Positions 21,820 to 30,554 of a stretch of 32,000 nucleotides of DNA are shown here, piece after piece (position 1 is the first letter of the stretch; each line of letters starts with the position of its first letter). Below the pieces are notes generated by a model. It had not been told where the DNA came from, searched no databases, and worked only from the letters and a program-made list of their open reading frames with translations. Made by a program: the position numbers and the translations under genes. Source of the DNA: Nitrososphaerota archaeon (lineage in GTDB: Archaea > Thermoproteota > Nitrososphaeria > Nitrososphaerales > UBA57); contig PAVW01000020.1 of assembly GCA_002713205.1 (NCBI GenBank), positions 1-32,000 on the forward strand, in the 5' to 3' direction.

Positions 21820-23610
21820 TTGGTCGCAAAAGGTAAGATAATATGGATTAGTGGTCCAGCAGTAAAAGCAGATGGTATGTCTACTGCTCAAATGTATGAA
21901 ACTGTAGAAGTTGGCGAAGATAAGATTGTTGGTGAAATCATTCGACTCACTGGTGATACTGCATTTATTCAAGTTTATGAATCTACAAGTGGACTTACCC
22001 CTGGCCAACCAGTTGTTGGAACTGGTTCTCCTCTCTCTGTGACTTTGGGACCGGGAATGATGGGAACTATTTATGATGGTTTACAACGACCTCTTGATAA
22101 AATTGCTGCTAAGGCAGGTGATTTTATTACTCGAGGCATTCATGTTCCTCCAATTCCTAAAAAGAAATGGAATTTCTTACCATCTGTAAAAAAAGGCGAT
22201 ATTGTTAAAGCTGGTAGTATATTAGGCACTGTTAAAGAAACTGATTTAATAGATCATAAAATTCTAGTTCCTCCTACTCATTCAGGTGGAAAAATTTCTG
22301 AAATTGTTAAAGAAGGTAAGTATGATAAAGATTATGTTATTGCTGTAGTGGACAATAAAAATGATAAATATGAATTATTTATGCACCATAATTGGCCTGT
22401 AAGACAACCACGACCATTTTCACAAAGATATGATCCTGAACTTCCTCTTATAACTGGACAACGTGTTCTTGATACATTTTTCCCTATCGCTAAAGGTGGA
22501 ACTGCTGCAATACCAGGTGGTTTCGGTACCGGTAAAACAGTAACTTTACATCAAGTTGCTTCTTGGTCCGATGCCAGTGTTGTTTTCCATATTGGTTGTG
22601 GAGAACGTGGCAATGAAATGACTGAAGTTTTGATTAAATTCCCTGAATTAAAAGATCCTCGTACTGGAAAATCATTAATGGAACGTACAATATTAGTAGC
22701 AAACACAAGTAATATGCCTGTAGCGGCACGAGAAGCAAGTATCTATACTGGTATAACTATGGCTGAATATTATAGGGATATGGGTTATGACACTGTACTT
22801 GTTGCTGATTCTACAAGTCGATGGGCTGAGGCACTGCGTGAATTAAGTGGCAGATTAGAAGAAATGCCTGCAGAAGAAGGCTATCCGTCATATCTTGCAT
22901 CACGATTAGCCGAATTTTATGAACGCGCTGGTCGAGTAAAGTGTTTAGGTTCTCCTGATCGAGATGGATCTGTAACTGTAATTGGTGCTGTTTCTCCACC
23001 GGGTGGTGATTTTACTGAACCTGTTTCTACTCATACTATGAGATGTATCAAAACTTTTTGGGCTCTTGACACAAAACTAGCTTATTCTAGACATTATCCG
23101 TCAATAAATTGGATGACTAGTTATTCTGGTTATGCAGAATCAATTGATAATTGGTGGGTATCTAATGTTGATAAAGACAGACCAAAACTTAGACTTGAAA
23201 CATATACTATATTACAGCGTGAAGACGTGTTAAAAGAAATTGTTAGATTATTGGGACCCGAGGCGTTACCTGATGAGGAAAAACTAATACTTGATGTTGC
23301 TCGTATGATAAAAGAAGGATTCTTACAACAGATGGCTTTTGATAAGGTTGATAGATATTGCAGTCCCGAAAAGCAGGTGAAAATGATGAAAATCTATGTT
23401 AATTTCTATAAAGAATGTCAAAAAGCATTAAGTAATGGTGTTTCTTTGGAAAGCATTCGTTCTCTTCCAGTTATTTCTCAAATAATTAGATCTAAATACG
23501 AAATTTCTGATAACGAACTTGAAAAAATGGATGAATTGTATAAAATTACAATGAAATCAATAACTGAATTATCTGGTAAGGAGGTCCCAGTAGTTGCCGA
23601 CTCAAAATAG
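21820..23610 (+). CDS. atpA: A-type ATP synthase catalytic subunit A
   Basis: Walker [56 protein letters not shown]: the classical A/V-ATPase A subunit. The TTG start at 21820 is forced: there is an in-frame TAA at 21814-21816 and no ATG before the conserved N-terminus. Confidence 0.97.
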   Translation: MVAKGKIIWISGPAVKADGMSTAQMYETVEVGEDKIVGEIIRLTGDTAFIQVYESTSGLTPGQPVVGTGSPLSVTLGPGMMGTIYDGLQRPLDKIAAKAGDFITRGIHVPPIPKKKWNFLPSVKKGDIVKAGSILGTVKETDLIDHKILVPPTHSGGKISEIVKEGKYDKDYVIAVVDNKNDKYELFMHHNWPVRQPRPFSQRYDPELPLITGQRVLDTFFPIAKGGTAAIPGGFGTGKTVTLHQVASWSDASVVFHIGCGERGNEMTEVLIKFPELKDPRTGKSLMERTILVANTSNMPVAAREASIYTGITMAEYYRDMGYDTVLVADSTSRWAEALRELSGRLEEMPAEEGYPSYLASRLAEFYERAGRVKCLGSPDRDGSVTVIGAVSPPGGDFTEPVSTHTMRCIKTFWALDTKLAYSRHYPSINWMTSYSGYAESIDNWWVSNVDKDRPKLRLETYTILQREDVLKEIVRLLGPEALPDEEKLILDVARMIKEGFLQQMAFDKVDRYCSPEKQVKMMKIYVNFYKECQKALSNGVSLESIRSLPVISQIIRSKYEISDNELEKMDELYKITMKSITELSGKEVPVVADSK

Positions 23611-24991
23611 ATCCACTGGTTTAGAATATAGTAAAATCTCAGAAATTAAAGGCCCATTGCTGATTATTGATGGAGTTACGGGTGCTGCATTTGATGAATT
23701 GGTTGAAATAGAAACTCCTTCACATGAAAAACGATTAGGTCGTGTATTGGAAATAGGAGGAGGCCGTGCTGTTGTTCAAGTTTTTGAAGGTACTACTGGA
23801 CTTTCTGTTTCAGAAACAAAAACTAGATTCTTAGGAAAAACTATGAAAATTCCTGTATCGGATCAATTACTGGGGCGTGTTTTTGATGGATTAGGAAGAC
23901 CAATTGATAATCTTCCAGATCCTGTAGGCGATAGATTTGATGACATTAATGGCGAGTCTATAAATCCTGAAAGACGGGATTTTCCAGAAGATTTTATTCA
24001 AACAGGTGTCTCATCAATTGATGGTCTTAATACTTTAGTTCGTGGTCAAAAATTACCTATATTCTCAGGAGCCGGACTTCCACATAACCTACTTGCTGCT
24101 CAAATCGCACGTCAGGCTACAGTTCCTGGCAAAGGTGAAGAATTTGCTGTAGTTTTTGCTGCAATTGGTGTTCAAAATAGCGAAGCAAGTTTCTTTCGAA
24201 AATCATTAGAAGAAAGCGGCGCAATAAAACGGAGTATTCTTTATATTAATTTGGCTGATGATCCTGCTATTGAAAGAATTATTACTCCTCGTGTTGCACT
24301 TACTGCAGCTGAATATTTGGCATTTGAAAAAGACACTCATGTCTTAGTTATAATTAGTGACATGACAAATTATGCTGAAGCATTACGTGAAATTAGTGCT
24401 GCACGAGAAGAAGTACCTGGCCGTAAAGGATATCCTGGGTATCTCTACACTGATCTTGCAACAATTTATGAACGAGCTGGAAAAATTAAAGGACGAAACG
24501 GAAGCTTGACACAGATTCCAATTTTATCTATGCCATCTGATGATATAACTCATCCAATTCCTGATCTTACCGGTTATATTACTGAAGGTCAAATTGTTTT
24601 AGGACGGGATTTACATCGCAAAGAAATTTATCCGCCTATCAGTATTCTTTCATGCTTAAGTCGATTAATGAAAGAAGGTGTTGGCGAAGGTAAAACTCGT
24701 CAGGATCATCAAAATGTAAGTAGTCAACTATATAGTGCTTATTCTAGGTCACTTGAGTTGCGTGCATTAGCCGAAATTGTAGGCAAAGCTGGTCTTGCCC
24801 CTGTTGATATTAAATATTTAGAATTTGGCGATTTATTTGAGGATAAATTCCTTAAACAAGGTTTTGATGAAAATAGAACACTAGAAGATACGCTTGGAAT
24901 AGCATGGGAATTGTTTAGTACTTTACCAGTTGATGAATTAACCAAAGTAAAACAAGATGAAATTAGTTTATATTTGAAGGCCAAAGCATAA
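23594..24991 (+). CDS. atpB: A-type ATP synthase subunit B
   Basis: [82 protein letters not shown] start overlapping atpA by 17 nt, with GGAGG (23580-23584) 9 nt upstream. Confidence 0.97.
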   Translation: MPTQNRSTGLEYSKISEIKGPLLIIDGVTGAAFDELVEIETPSHEKRLGRVLEIGGGRAVVQVFEGTTGLSVSETKTRFLGKTMKIPVSDQLLGRVFDGLGRPIDNLPDPVGDRFDDINGESINPERRDFPEDFIQTGVSSIDGLNTLVRGQKLPIFSGAGLPHNLLAAQIARQATVPGKGEEFAVVFAAIGVQNSEASFFRKSLEESGAIKRSILYINLADDPAIERIITPRVALTAAEYLAFEKDTHVLVIISDMTNYAEALREISAAREEVPGRKGYPGYLYTDLATIYERAGKIKGRNGSLTQIPILSMPSDDITHPIPDLTGYITEGQIVLGRDLHRKEIYPPISILSCLSRLMKEGVGEGKTRQDHQNVSSQLYSAYSRSLELRALAEIVGKAGLAPVDIKYLEFGDLFEDKFLKQGFDENRTLEDTLGIAWELFSTLPVDELTKVKQDEISLYLKAKA

Positions 24992-25620
24992 TGTCAAGTT
25001 CTAATAAACGACCTCCTCCAACAAAACTTGAATTGATTAAACTAAAACGAAGTTTAGTCGTTGCAAAATCTGTTTATAAAATTCTTGAGGACAAACGCGA
25101 TGTTTTGCTTAAACGAATTGAGGAAATGATAGATGAAGCAGGTCAAGCTAGAACTGATATGTCAGAGCCTTTATCTGATGCTTATAGATCTTTGTTTAAC
25201 GCTTACTTGACTTTAGGCTCTAATAAACTCGAATCTATTGCCCATACTACGCCTTCTCATCTTGATATTGATGTAAATGTTAAAGTTATTGTCGATGTTC
25301 GAATACCGAGTTTCACAATTAATGAAAAAAAACTTGGCTTGAACTATGGTTTTGCAGATTCAAATTCAAACTTAGACCAAGCCACCAAAATGATGCGTTT
25401 AGTTTTACCTCGAATTCTTAAGGCTGCAGAATATGAAAATACTATACTAGGTCTTGCTAGAGGATTAGAAAAAACACAACGACTCATTAATGCCCTCGAA
25501 TATGTTATCATGCCAGATTATCAAGAATCAATCAAGTTTATATCTTCTATTTTGGAAGAACGAGAACGTGAAGATTTTGCACGTCTCAAACATGTAAAAA
25601 AGGTAATTCAGAGTAGGTAA
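24991..25620 (+). CDS. atpD: A-type ATP synthase subunit D (central stalk)
   Basis: 209 aa. The ATG overlaps the atpB TAA by 1 nt. PTKLELIKLKRSLVVAKSVYKILEDKRDVLL and the C-terminal ALEYVIMP...LEEREREDFARLK are typical of subunit D. Confidence 0.9.
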   Translation: MSSSNKRPPPTKLELIKLKRSLVVAKSVYKILEDKRDVLLKRIEEMIDEAGQARTDMSEPLSDAYRSLFNAYLTLGSNKLESIAHTTPSHLDIDVNVKVIVDVRIPSFTINEKKLGLNYGFADSNSNLDQATKMMRLVLPRILKAAEYENTILGLARGLEKTQRLINALEYVIMPDYQESIKFISSILEEREREDFARLKHVKKVIQSR

Positions 25621-25632
25621 ACGGTGTAAAAA

Positions 25633-25761
25633 TTGAAGCGGAATAAAAAATATGAAGATTTACTTGATTTAATACAAAAGCAATTTAATTCTGATGTTGA
25701 TGAATTAAAAAAATCTATCATTTTGGTACGAGATAAGGCTTATAAAGCATTGAAAAAATAA
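25633..25761 (+). CDS. Candidate small ORF (42 aa, TTG start) between atpD and atpK; charged helical peptide
   Basis: My own translation: MKRNKKYEDLLDLIQKQFNSDVDELKKSIILVRDKAYKALKK*. Same strand as the operon and fills the 159-nt atpD-atpK gap. No homology recognised. Below the ORF-track size cutoff. Confidence 0.25.
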   Translation: MKRNKKYEDLLDLIQKQFNSDVDELKKSIILVRDKAYKALKK

Positions 25762-25782
25762 TAACCAAATAATAGGACATTG

Positions 25783-26094
25783 ATGAAAATGAGCTCTATA
25801 ACATCTATAACAATAATTGCATTAATCTCAATAGCATTTCTAAGTTTTCTTCCTTTTGCTTTAGCTCAAGAAGAACAATCTACTGGCGGAGATATGAAAT
25901 ATATTGGTGCAGCAATAGCTTTTGCTGGTGCTGCCATCGGTGCTGGAATTGGAATTGGTCAAGCAGGTTCTGCTGGTTTAGCTGCTGCCGCTGAAAACGA
26001 AAGTATGAAAACACAAGGTCTTATTATCACTGCATTAGCAGAAGCTGTTGCTATCTATGGTATAGTTGTAGCTTTGTTAATATTAGGCAGTTAG
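25783..26094 (+). CDS. atpK: A-type ATP synthase c/K subunit (proteolipid) with N-terminal signal-like hydrophobic extension
   Basis: Gly/Ala-rich helix 1 GAAIAFAGAAIGAGIGIGQAG and helix 2 with the carboxylate ITALAEAVAIYGIVVALLIL. ATG at 25783 (TTG at 25780 in the ORF track). N-terminal ITIIALISIAFLSFLPFALA-QEE. Confidence 0.85.
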   Translation: MKMSSITSITIIALISIAFLSFLPFALAQEEQSTGGDMKYIGAAIAFAGAAIGAGIGIGQAGSAGLAAAAENESMKTQGLIITALAEAVAIYGIVVALLILGS

Positions 26095-26327
26095 GACTTA
26101 TTAATTACACTGACTCTTTCTAGTATTCTTGATATTAGTATAATGGAGATTATCAAACCTAGCATTGATAACACTAAAGGAATTATAATAGGTTCGAAAA
26201 AATTTATTCGGTCAGAAATTCTTAAACCAATACCTAGTCCTCCTATAACAAATGAAGATATTAAAACCGGAAGTAGAACTAATATGATTTTCTTGTCTAT
26301 CTGGTATTTCTTCGTTCTAGTTGCCAA
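26091..26327 (-). CDS. Small hypothetical membrane protein (2 TM), immediately downstream of pyrI
   Basis: 78 aa. Basic N-terminus (ATRTKKYQIDKK) followed by two clear hydrophobic helices. TTG start 4 nt after the pyrI stop. Preferred over the overlapping + strand ORF 26143..26343, which has no membrane-protein or other pattern. Confidence 0.35.
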   Translation of the reverse strand: MATRTKKYQIDKKIILVLLPVLISSFVIGGLGIGLRISDRINFFEPIIIPLVLSMLGLIISIILISRILERVSVINKS

Positions 26328-26331
26328 TTTT

Positions 26332-26796
26332 TCATCTGCTTAACAAAATTTCTTCTGGGAGTAATATTCTTGAGCAATATTTACATCTTAATTTTGGCGG
26401 ATCTTTTTTTAAAACTAAAAGTTCTGATATTATTGGTTCACTAGCATTAGATATGCAAGTTGGATTTGTACATTTGAAAACATCTACAAAGCTTTTCGGC
26501 AGCTTGACATTTCTTTTTTCTGTTATCTTATAATTTTGAATGATATTGATTGTTGTATTAGGCGAAATCAAAGCCAAACGATTTGTTTCATCAACTACTA
26601 GAATTCTATTTTCAACTTTTACTATATCTTTTTTATTTAATCTTTTACTTGGGACGTTCATTGCTACAGAAACTTGATTTCCATCTGTACCTTTTATATC
26701 GAGTGCAGCCAAGACATTGAAAGCATGTCCTGATTCAATATGATCTAATACGGTTCCTTGACGTATTCGATTAATTATTAATTCCTTTTCTGACAT
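26332..26796 (-). CDS. pyrI: Aspartate carbamoyltransferase regulatory chain
   Basis: MSEKELIINRIRQGTVLDHI N-terminus. C-terminal Zn domain CTNPTCISN ... CKYCSR. ATG at 26796; the ORF track extends to a TTG at 26811. Confidence 0.9.
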   Translation of the reverse strand: MSEKELIINRIRQGTVLDHIESGHAFNVLAALDIKGTDGNQVSVAMNVPSKRLNKKDIVKVENRILVVDETNRLALISPNTTINIIQNYKITEKRNVKLPKSFVDVFKCTNPTCISNASEPIISELLVLKKDPPKLRCKYCSRILLPEEILLSR

Positions 26797-26886
26797 TGCT
26801 ATAATAGACAAATGGAGATTGGAAATTAAGTTTAACTATCGATTAAATAACTATAGCTAACTATTTAGTTACAAACTGCTAAACAT

Positions 26887-26897
26887 CTTTATATAAT
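26887..26897 (+). promoter_or_regulatory. TATA box (CTTTATATAAT) about 29 nt upstream of the pyrB ATG
   Basis: Canonical TTTATATA core. Spacing to the ATG at 26921 suggests a leaderless or short-leader transcript. Confidence 0.4.
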
Positions 26898-26920
26898 CCT
26901 TTTTGTAGATTATTAGAAGG

Positions 26921-27847
26921 ATGACCAACCCATTTTATAACAAAAATGTGGTTTCCATAAGAGATTTTACACGTAATGATCTCGAATACCTCTTTCATGT
27001 TGCAGATAATATTAATTCAAATTCTTTATGCGAAGCACTTCGAAATAAAATTTTAGGATTAGTGTTTTTTGAACCAAGTACTCGAACTCGTTTAAGTTTC
27101 GAGTCAGCAATGAATTCTCTTGGTGGAACATGTATTGGTTTTTCAGAATCCTCGTCTTCTTCTACTGAAAAAGGAGAAAATTTGAATGACACTCTAGTTA
27201 CTATGAATCAATATGTTGATGCTTTAGTTTTACGACATCAAAAAGACGGTGTTGCTCGTTTTGCTTCTGAAATTTGCACCAAACCAGTAATAAATGCAGG
27301 TAGTGGTACTGAAGAACATCCAACTCAGGCAATGCTGGATTTGTATACCATTTTTAAAGAACTCGGTACTATTGACAATCTTAATATTGGGATTTTTGGA
27401 GATCTAAAATATGGCAGAACAGTATATTCTTTATTATATGGATTATCAAATTATAATCCTACTGTATATTTAATTTCTCCTGACCTGTTACAACTTCGTA
27501 GTGATGCACTATCTGATATTAGAGAGAAGTTGTCTATTGAACAACATAGTAACCTATCTGATGTAATCTCTAAATTAGATGTTATATACACTACTCGAAT
27601 ACAAAAAGAACGTTTTCCTGATATTCAGGAATATGAAAGAGTAAAAGGTTCGTATAGAATTGATGAATCACTATTAAAAAATACCAAAGATAATCTTATA
27701 ATTCTTCATCCAATGCCACGTTCTGAAGAAATCCCGCCAAGTCTTGATACTACTAAATACGCAAAATATTTTAAACAAATACGGTATGGAAAACTAATAC
27801 GTTCAGCTTTATTATATCTGATTTTTACAGAACATCCAGAATATTGA
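26921..27847 (+). CDS. pyrB: Aspartate carbamoyltransferase catalytic chain
   Basis: FFEPSTRTRLSFE carbamoyl-phosphate motif, EHPTQAMLD, HPMPR. 308 aa. Confidence 0.95.
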   Translation: MTNPFYNKNVVSIRDFTRNDLEYLFHVADNINSNSLCEALRNKILGLVFFEPSTRTRLSFESAMNSLGGTCIGFSESSSSSTEKGENLNDTLVTMNQYVDALVLRHQKDGVARFASEICTKPVINAGSGTEEHPTQAMLDLYTIFKELGTIDNLNIGIFGDLKYGRTVYSLLYGLSNYNPTVYLISPDLLQLRSDALSDIREKLSIEQHSNLSDVISKLDVIYTTRIQKERFPDIQEYERVKGSYRIDESLLKNTKDNLIILHPMPRSEEIPPSLDTTKYAKYFKQIRYGKLIRSALLYLIFTEHPEY

Positions 27848-27857
27848 TTGAATCTAA

Positions 27858-30257
27858 TTAACCACAACTAGAATATGAACAGGATAAACATTTACTACAT
27901 CCTTCGCTGTGTATTAATGAATTTTCACCGCACATTTCACATTGTTTTTTTACATTTATTTTTTCTTCCGTTTTTGAAATATTGACTTTTACTTCTTGTT
28001 CATTATTTATGACTTCTACTTGTTCATTATGTATAGTATCTGCAAGTGCATGAGCAACAGCGTCAGGCACCGATCTTATAGGAATGCTATTGCCTTTGGT
28101 TTGATGCCATGAGATATTCTTAGTTTGTATACCTCTCATTGTTTTGATAATTGATGAAACATCAATATTTGATTGCAGAGCAATTGAAATCAGGCGACCC
28201 ATTCCTTCATAGGCTGCTTTTTCTTCATCTACTGATTTTCCTCTCTCGATAAAAACTTCACGAGGAACTCCATTTTCATCTTTATTAATCGTTATAAAGA
28301 GCCCACTATTGTTATATGTGAAACGATAAGTCCTTCCTATCAAATATTCTGGACGGATATATCCTCCTGATAAAATATGAGCCCCTTCTGCATTCTTGCT
28401 TTCTCTTAGATTCTTTGTTTTTTCTGTTTCTAAAACCTGTAAATCTAAACAACCATCTCGATATACTGTAATTCCTTTACAATGTGTATTATAAGCTAAA
28501 TTGTATGCTTTGTTAACATCTTCTACCGTTGCTTCATTGGGCAAATTAATCGTTTTACTTACTCCGTCATCAACAAATTCTTGAAAAGCTGATTGCATTA
28601 AAACATGTTTTTCACCACTCAAATCAGATGCTATTGGAAACATGTCCTTGACGGTCTGAGGAATCCATGTAATGTCTTGTATACTTCCTCCATTTTTCGA
28701 AATTTCTAGAATCTTTTCTTTATCTAATGTTATTCCTTTTTCAGATAATACCTCTTTAAAAAATTCATTTAAATGATGTAATTCTTCAAATTCTTCACTC
28801 CTCTCTTTTATCCTTGAATGTCTTACATACACCAATGCAAAATGTGGTTCTATTCCTGGTGAACAACTAGCTATGGTGCCAATTGAACCTGTTGGAGCTA
28901 TTATTGTACAATTTACATTTCTAACTCTCTTTTGTGTTTTTGCAAAATCACTTTTATCCCAATAAGGAAATGTCCCTCTTTTCTCTGCAAGATCTTCTGA
29001 CATTTTCCATGCAACTTCTGAGATGAATTTCATTAGATTTCTTGCGAATTGGTATGATTTTTCTGTTCCATATTTTATTCCTATTTTACTTAACAAATCA
29101 GCAAATCCCATTACACCTAAACCTAGTCTTCTCATGTTATGAGACATTTCTTTTATCTCGTTTGTGGGATATTTATTCACTGAAACAACATTATCCAGAA
29201 AATGAATTGTGTCTCTGACACTTTCTCTTAGTTTATTCCAGTCTATATCATCATTCGTTGCATTAATAAATTTCACAACATTAATTGATCCGAGATTACA
29301 ACTCTCATTTGGTAGAAGAGGTACTTCACCACATGGATTTGTAGATTCAATTGTAAAATGTTCTCGCACAGGATTTGATAAACTATTATTTATTTTATCA
29401 ATAAATATTAAACCTGGGTCTGCACATTCCCATGCATATTGAATTATTTTTTCCCATAGTTCTTTCGCCTTTATTCTTTTAGGATTGCCTCCACATAATT
29501 TACACACGTCAAAAATATTTTTATCATTAAGAAAAATATTCTTTCCACAATCTTCACATTTTAATACTTCATTTCCAGTTCTTGGATTAATAAATTTATG
29601 ATTTTCATCATTTCGCAGTTCACTCATAAATTGTTCAGTAATTGCAACCGATATGTTGAATTCTTTCATAATTTTTGCCTGTTCATCTAAATTCATATTA
29701 TTTCTTTTCATTTCAATGAATTCAATTATATCTGGGTGTTCTATACTTAGAATTCCCATATTCGCACCTCTGCGTTTTCCTCCTTGTTTAATTACTTGTG
29801 TACATTTATCAAATAATTGCATAAATGATACTGGTCCTGATGCTACTGATCCCGTAGATCCGACTTGATCTCCTTCAGGCCTTAATTTACTAAATGAAAA
29901 TCCTGTTCCGCCACCTGTTTTTTGAACAATAGCTTGTGTTTTTACTGCTTCTAGTATTGAACTTGTATTATCTTCGACCGGTAGTACAAAACACGCTGAT
30001 AATTGCCCTAAAGTTGCGCCTGCATTCATGAGTGTGGGTGAATTTGGTAAAAATTCAAAATTTTTCATTAATTTATAAAATTTTTCCTCTGACTCTACTA
30101 TATTGAAATCATTATATTCATTATCTGCAATAGCAACTGTTTTAGCTACTCTTCTAAACATTTGATCAGGTGTTTCTTGCTTTCCATCTTGTTTTATTAG
30201 ATATCTTGCTTTCAACACTTTCATTACATTTTCGGATAAAGTTTCTGCAATTTCCAT
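27858..30257 (-). CDS. nrdJ: Class II (adenosylcobalamin-dependent) ribonucleotide reductase
   Basis: LPNSPTLMNAG, GGGTGFSFSKLRP, KRRGANMGIL, active-site finger loop STNPCGEVPL, and a C-terminal Cys cluster CEMCGE...CSKCLSCSYSSCG typical of NrdJ redox tails. Confidence 0.92.
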   Translation of the reverse strand: MEIAETLSENVMKVLKARYLIKQDGKQETPDQMFRRVAKTVAIADNEYNDFNIVESEEKFYKLMKNFEFLPNSPTLMNAGATLGQLSACFVLPVEDNTSSILEAVKTQAIVQKTGGGTGFSFSKLRPEGDQVGSTGSVASGPVSFMQLFDKCTQVIKQGGKRRGANMGILSIEHPDIIEFIEMKRNNMNLDEQAKIMKEFNISVAITEQFMSELRNDENHKFINPRTGNEVLKCEDCGKNIFLNDKNIFDVCKLCGGNPKRIKAKELWEKIIQYAWECADPGLIFIDKINNSLSNPVREHFTIESTNPCGEVPLLPNESCNLGSINVVKFINATNDDIDWNKLRESVRDTIHFLDNVVSVNKYPTNEIKEMSHNMRRLGLGVMGFADLLSKIGIKYGTEKSYQFARNLMKFISEVAWKMSEDLAEKRGTFPYWDKSDFAKTQKRVRNVNCTIIAPTGSIGTIASCSPGIEPHFALVYVRHSRIKERSEEFEELHHLNEFFKEVLSEKGITLDKEKILEISKNGGSIQDITWIPQTVKDMFPIASDLSGEKHVLMQSAFQEFVDDGVSKTINLPNEATVEDVNKAYNLAYNTHCKGITVYRDGCLDLQVLETEKTKNLRESKNAEGAHILSGGYIRPEYLIGRTYRFTYNNSGLFITINKDENGVPREVFIERGKSVDEEKAAYEGMGRLISIALQSNIDVSSIIKTMRGIQTKNISWHQTKGNSIPIRSVPDAVAHALADTIHNEQVEVINNEQEVKVNISKTEEKINVKKQCEMCGENSLIHSEGCSKCLSCSYSSCG

Positions 30258-30466
30258 AATTAATTCACTATAACTAACTATTATACGAACCAGTAATATT
30301 TGTACATTTATTATTTTTTACCGGATTAAACTCAATCATAAAAAAACTAGACATAATTTATTATAGCTAAATTTGTATATGATTGTTAAATTGAAAAAAA
30401 ATTGACTAAATTCAATTTGTTAAAAATATATTTTATCTTTATTGGATTAAATCAAGGATTAAAATC

Positions 30467-30493
30467 AAAAAAAAACCTTATATCTGGTTTTTT
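30467..30493 (-). terminator. A9-CC-ttatatct-GG-T6 palindrome; on the minus strand a hairpin followed by a U9 run, downstream of the NrdD-like gene
   Basis: Read directly. Lies 62-88 nt 3' of the stop at 30555 and upstream of the nrdJ promoter region. The stem is mostly A-U, so weak. Confidence 0.35.
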
Positions 30494-30554
30494 ATAAAAT
30501 TGTTCTACAATTACGTCTGTCAAATGTTTGTGACTAATTTATTGAAACCTATTT

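Noticed and set aside
26143-26343. 66-aa plus-strand ORF overlapping the 78-aa minus-strand ORF downstream of atpK.
   Set aside because: The minus-strand product has a basic N-terminus and two clean TM helices and abuts pyrI. The plus-strand product shows no such pattern. Neither is certain.
30274-30354. 26-aa minus-strand ORF (MSSFFMIEFNPVKNNKCTNITGSYNS) between the NrdD-like gene and nrdJ; considered as a separately encoded glycyl-radical spare-part peptide.
   Set aside because: It has no RVxGY-like motif, is very short and AT-rich, and is most likely non-coding promoter region.
30323-30463. Three copies of GGATTAAA (30323, 30444, 30456) and an 8-bp inverted repeat AAATTGAA/TTCAATTT (30388-30395 / 30411-30418) in the spacer upstream of nrdJ; considered as regulator binding sites.
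   Set aside because: Short A/T-rich words are expected by chance in a 297-nt spacer that looks almost entirely A/T. There is no supporting conservation or known archaeal RNR-regulator motif. They remain plausible but unsupported.
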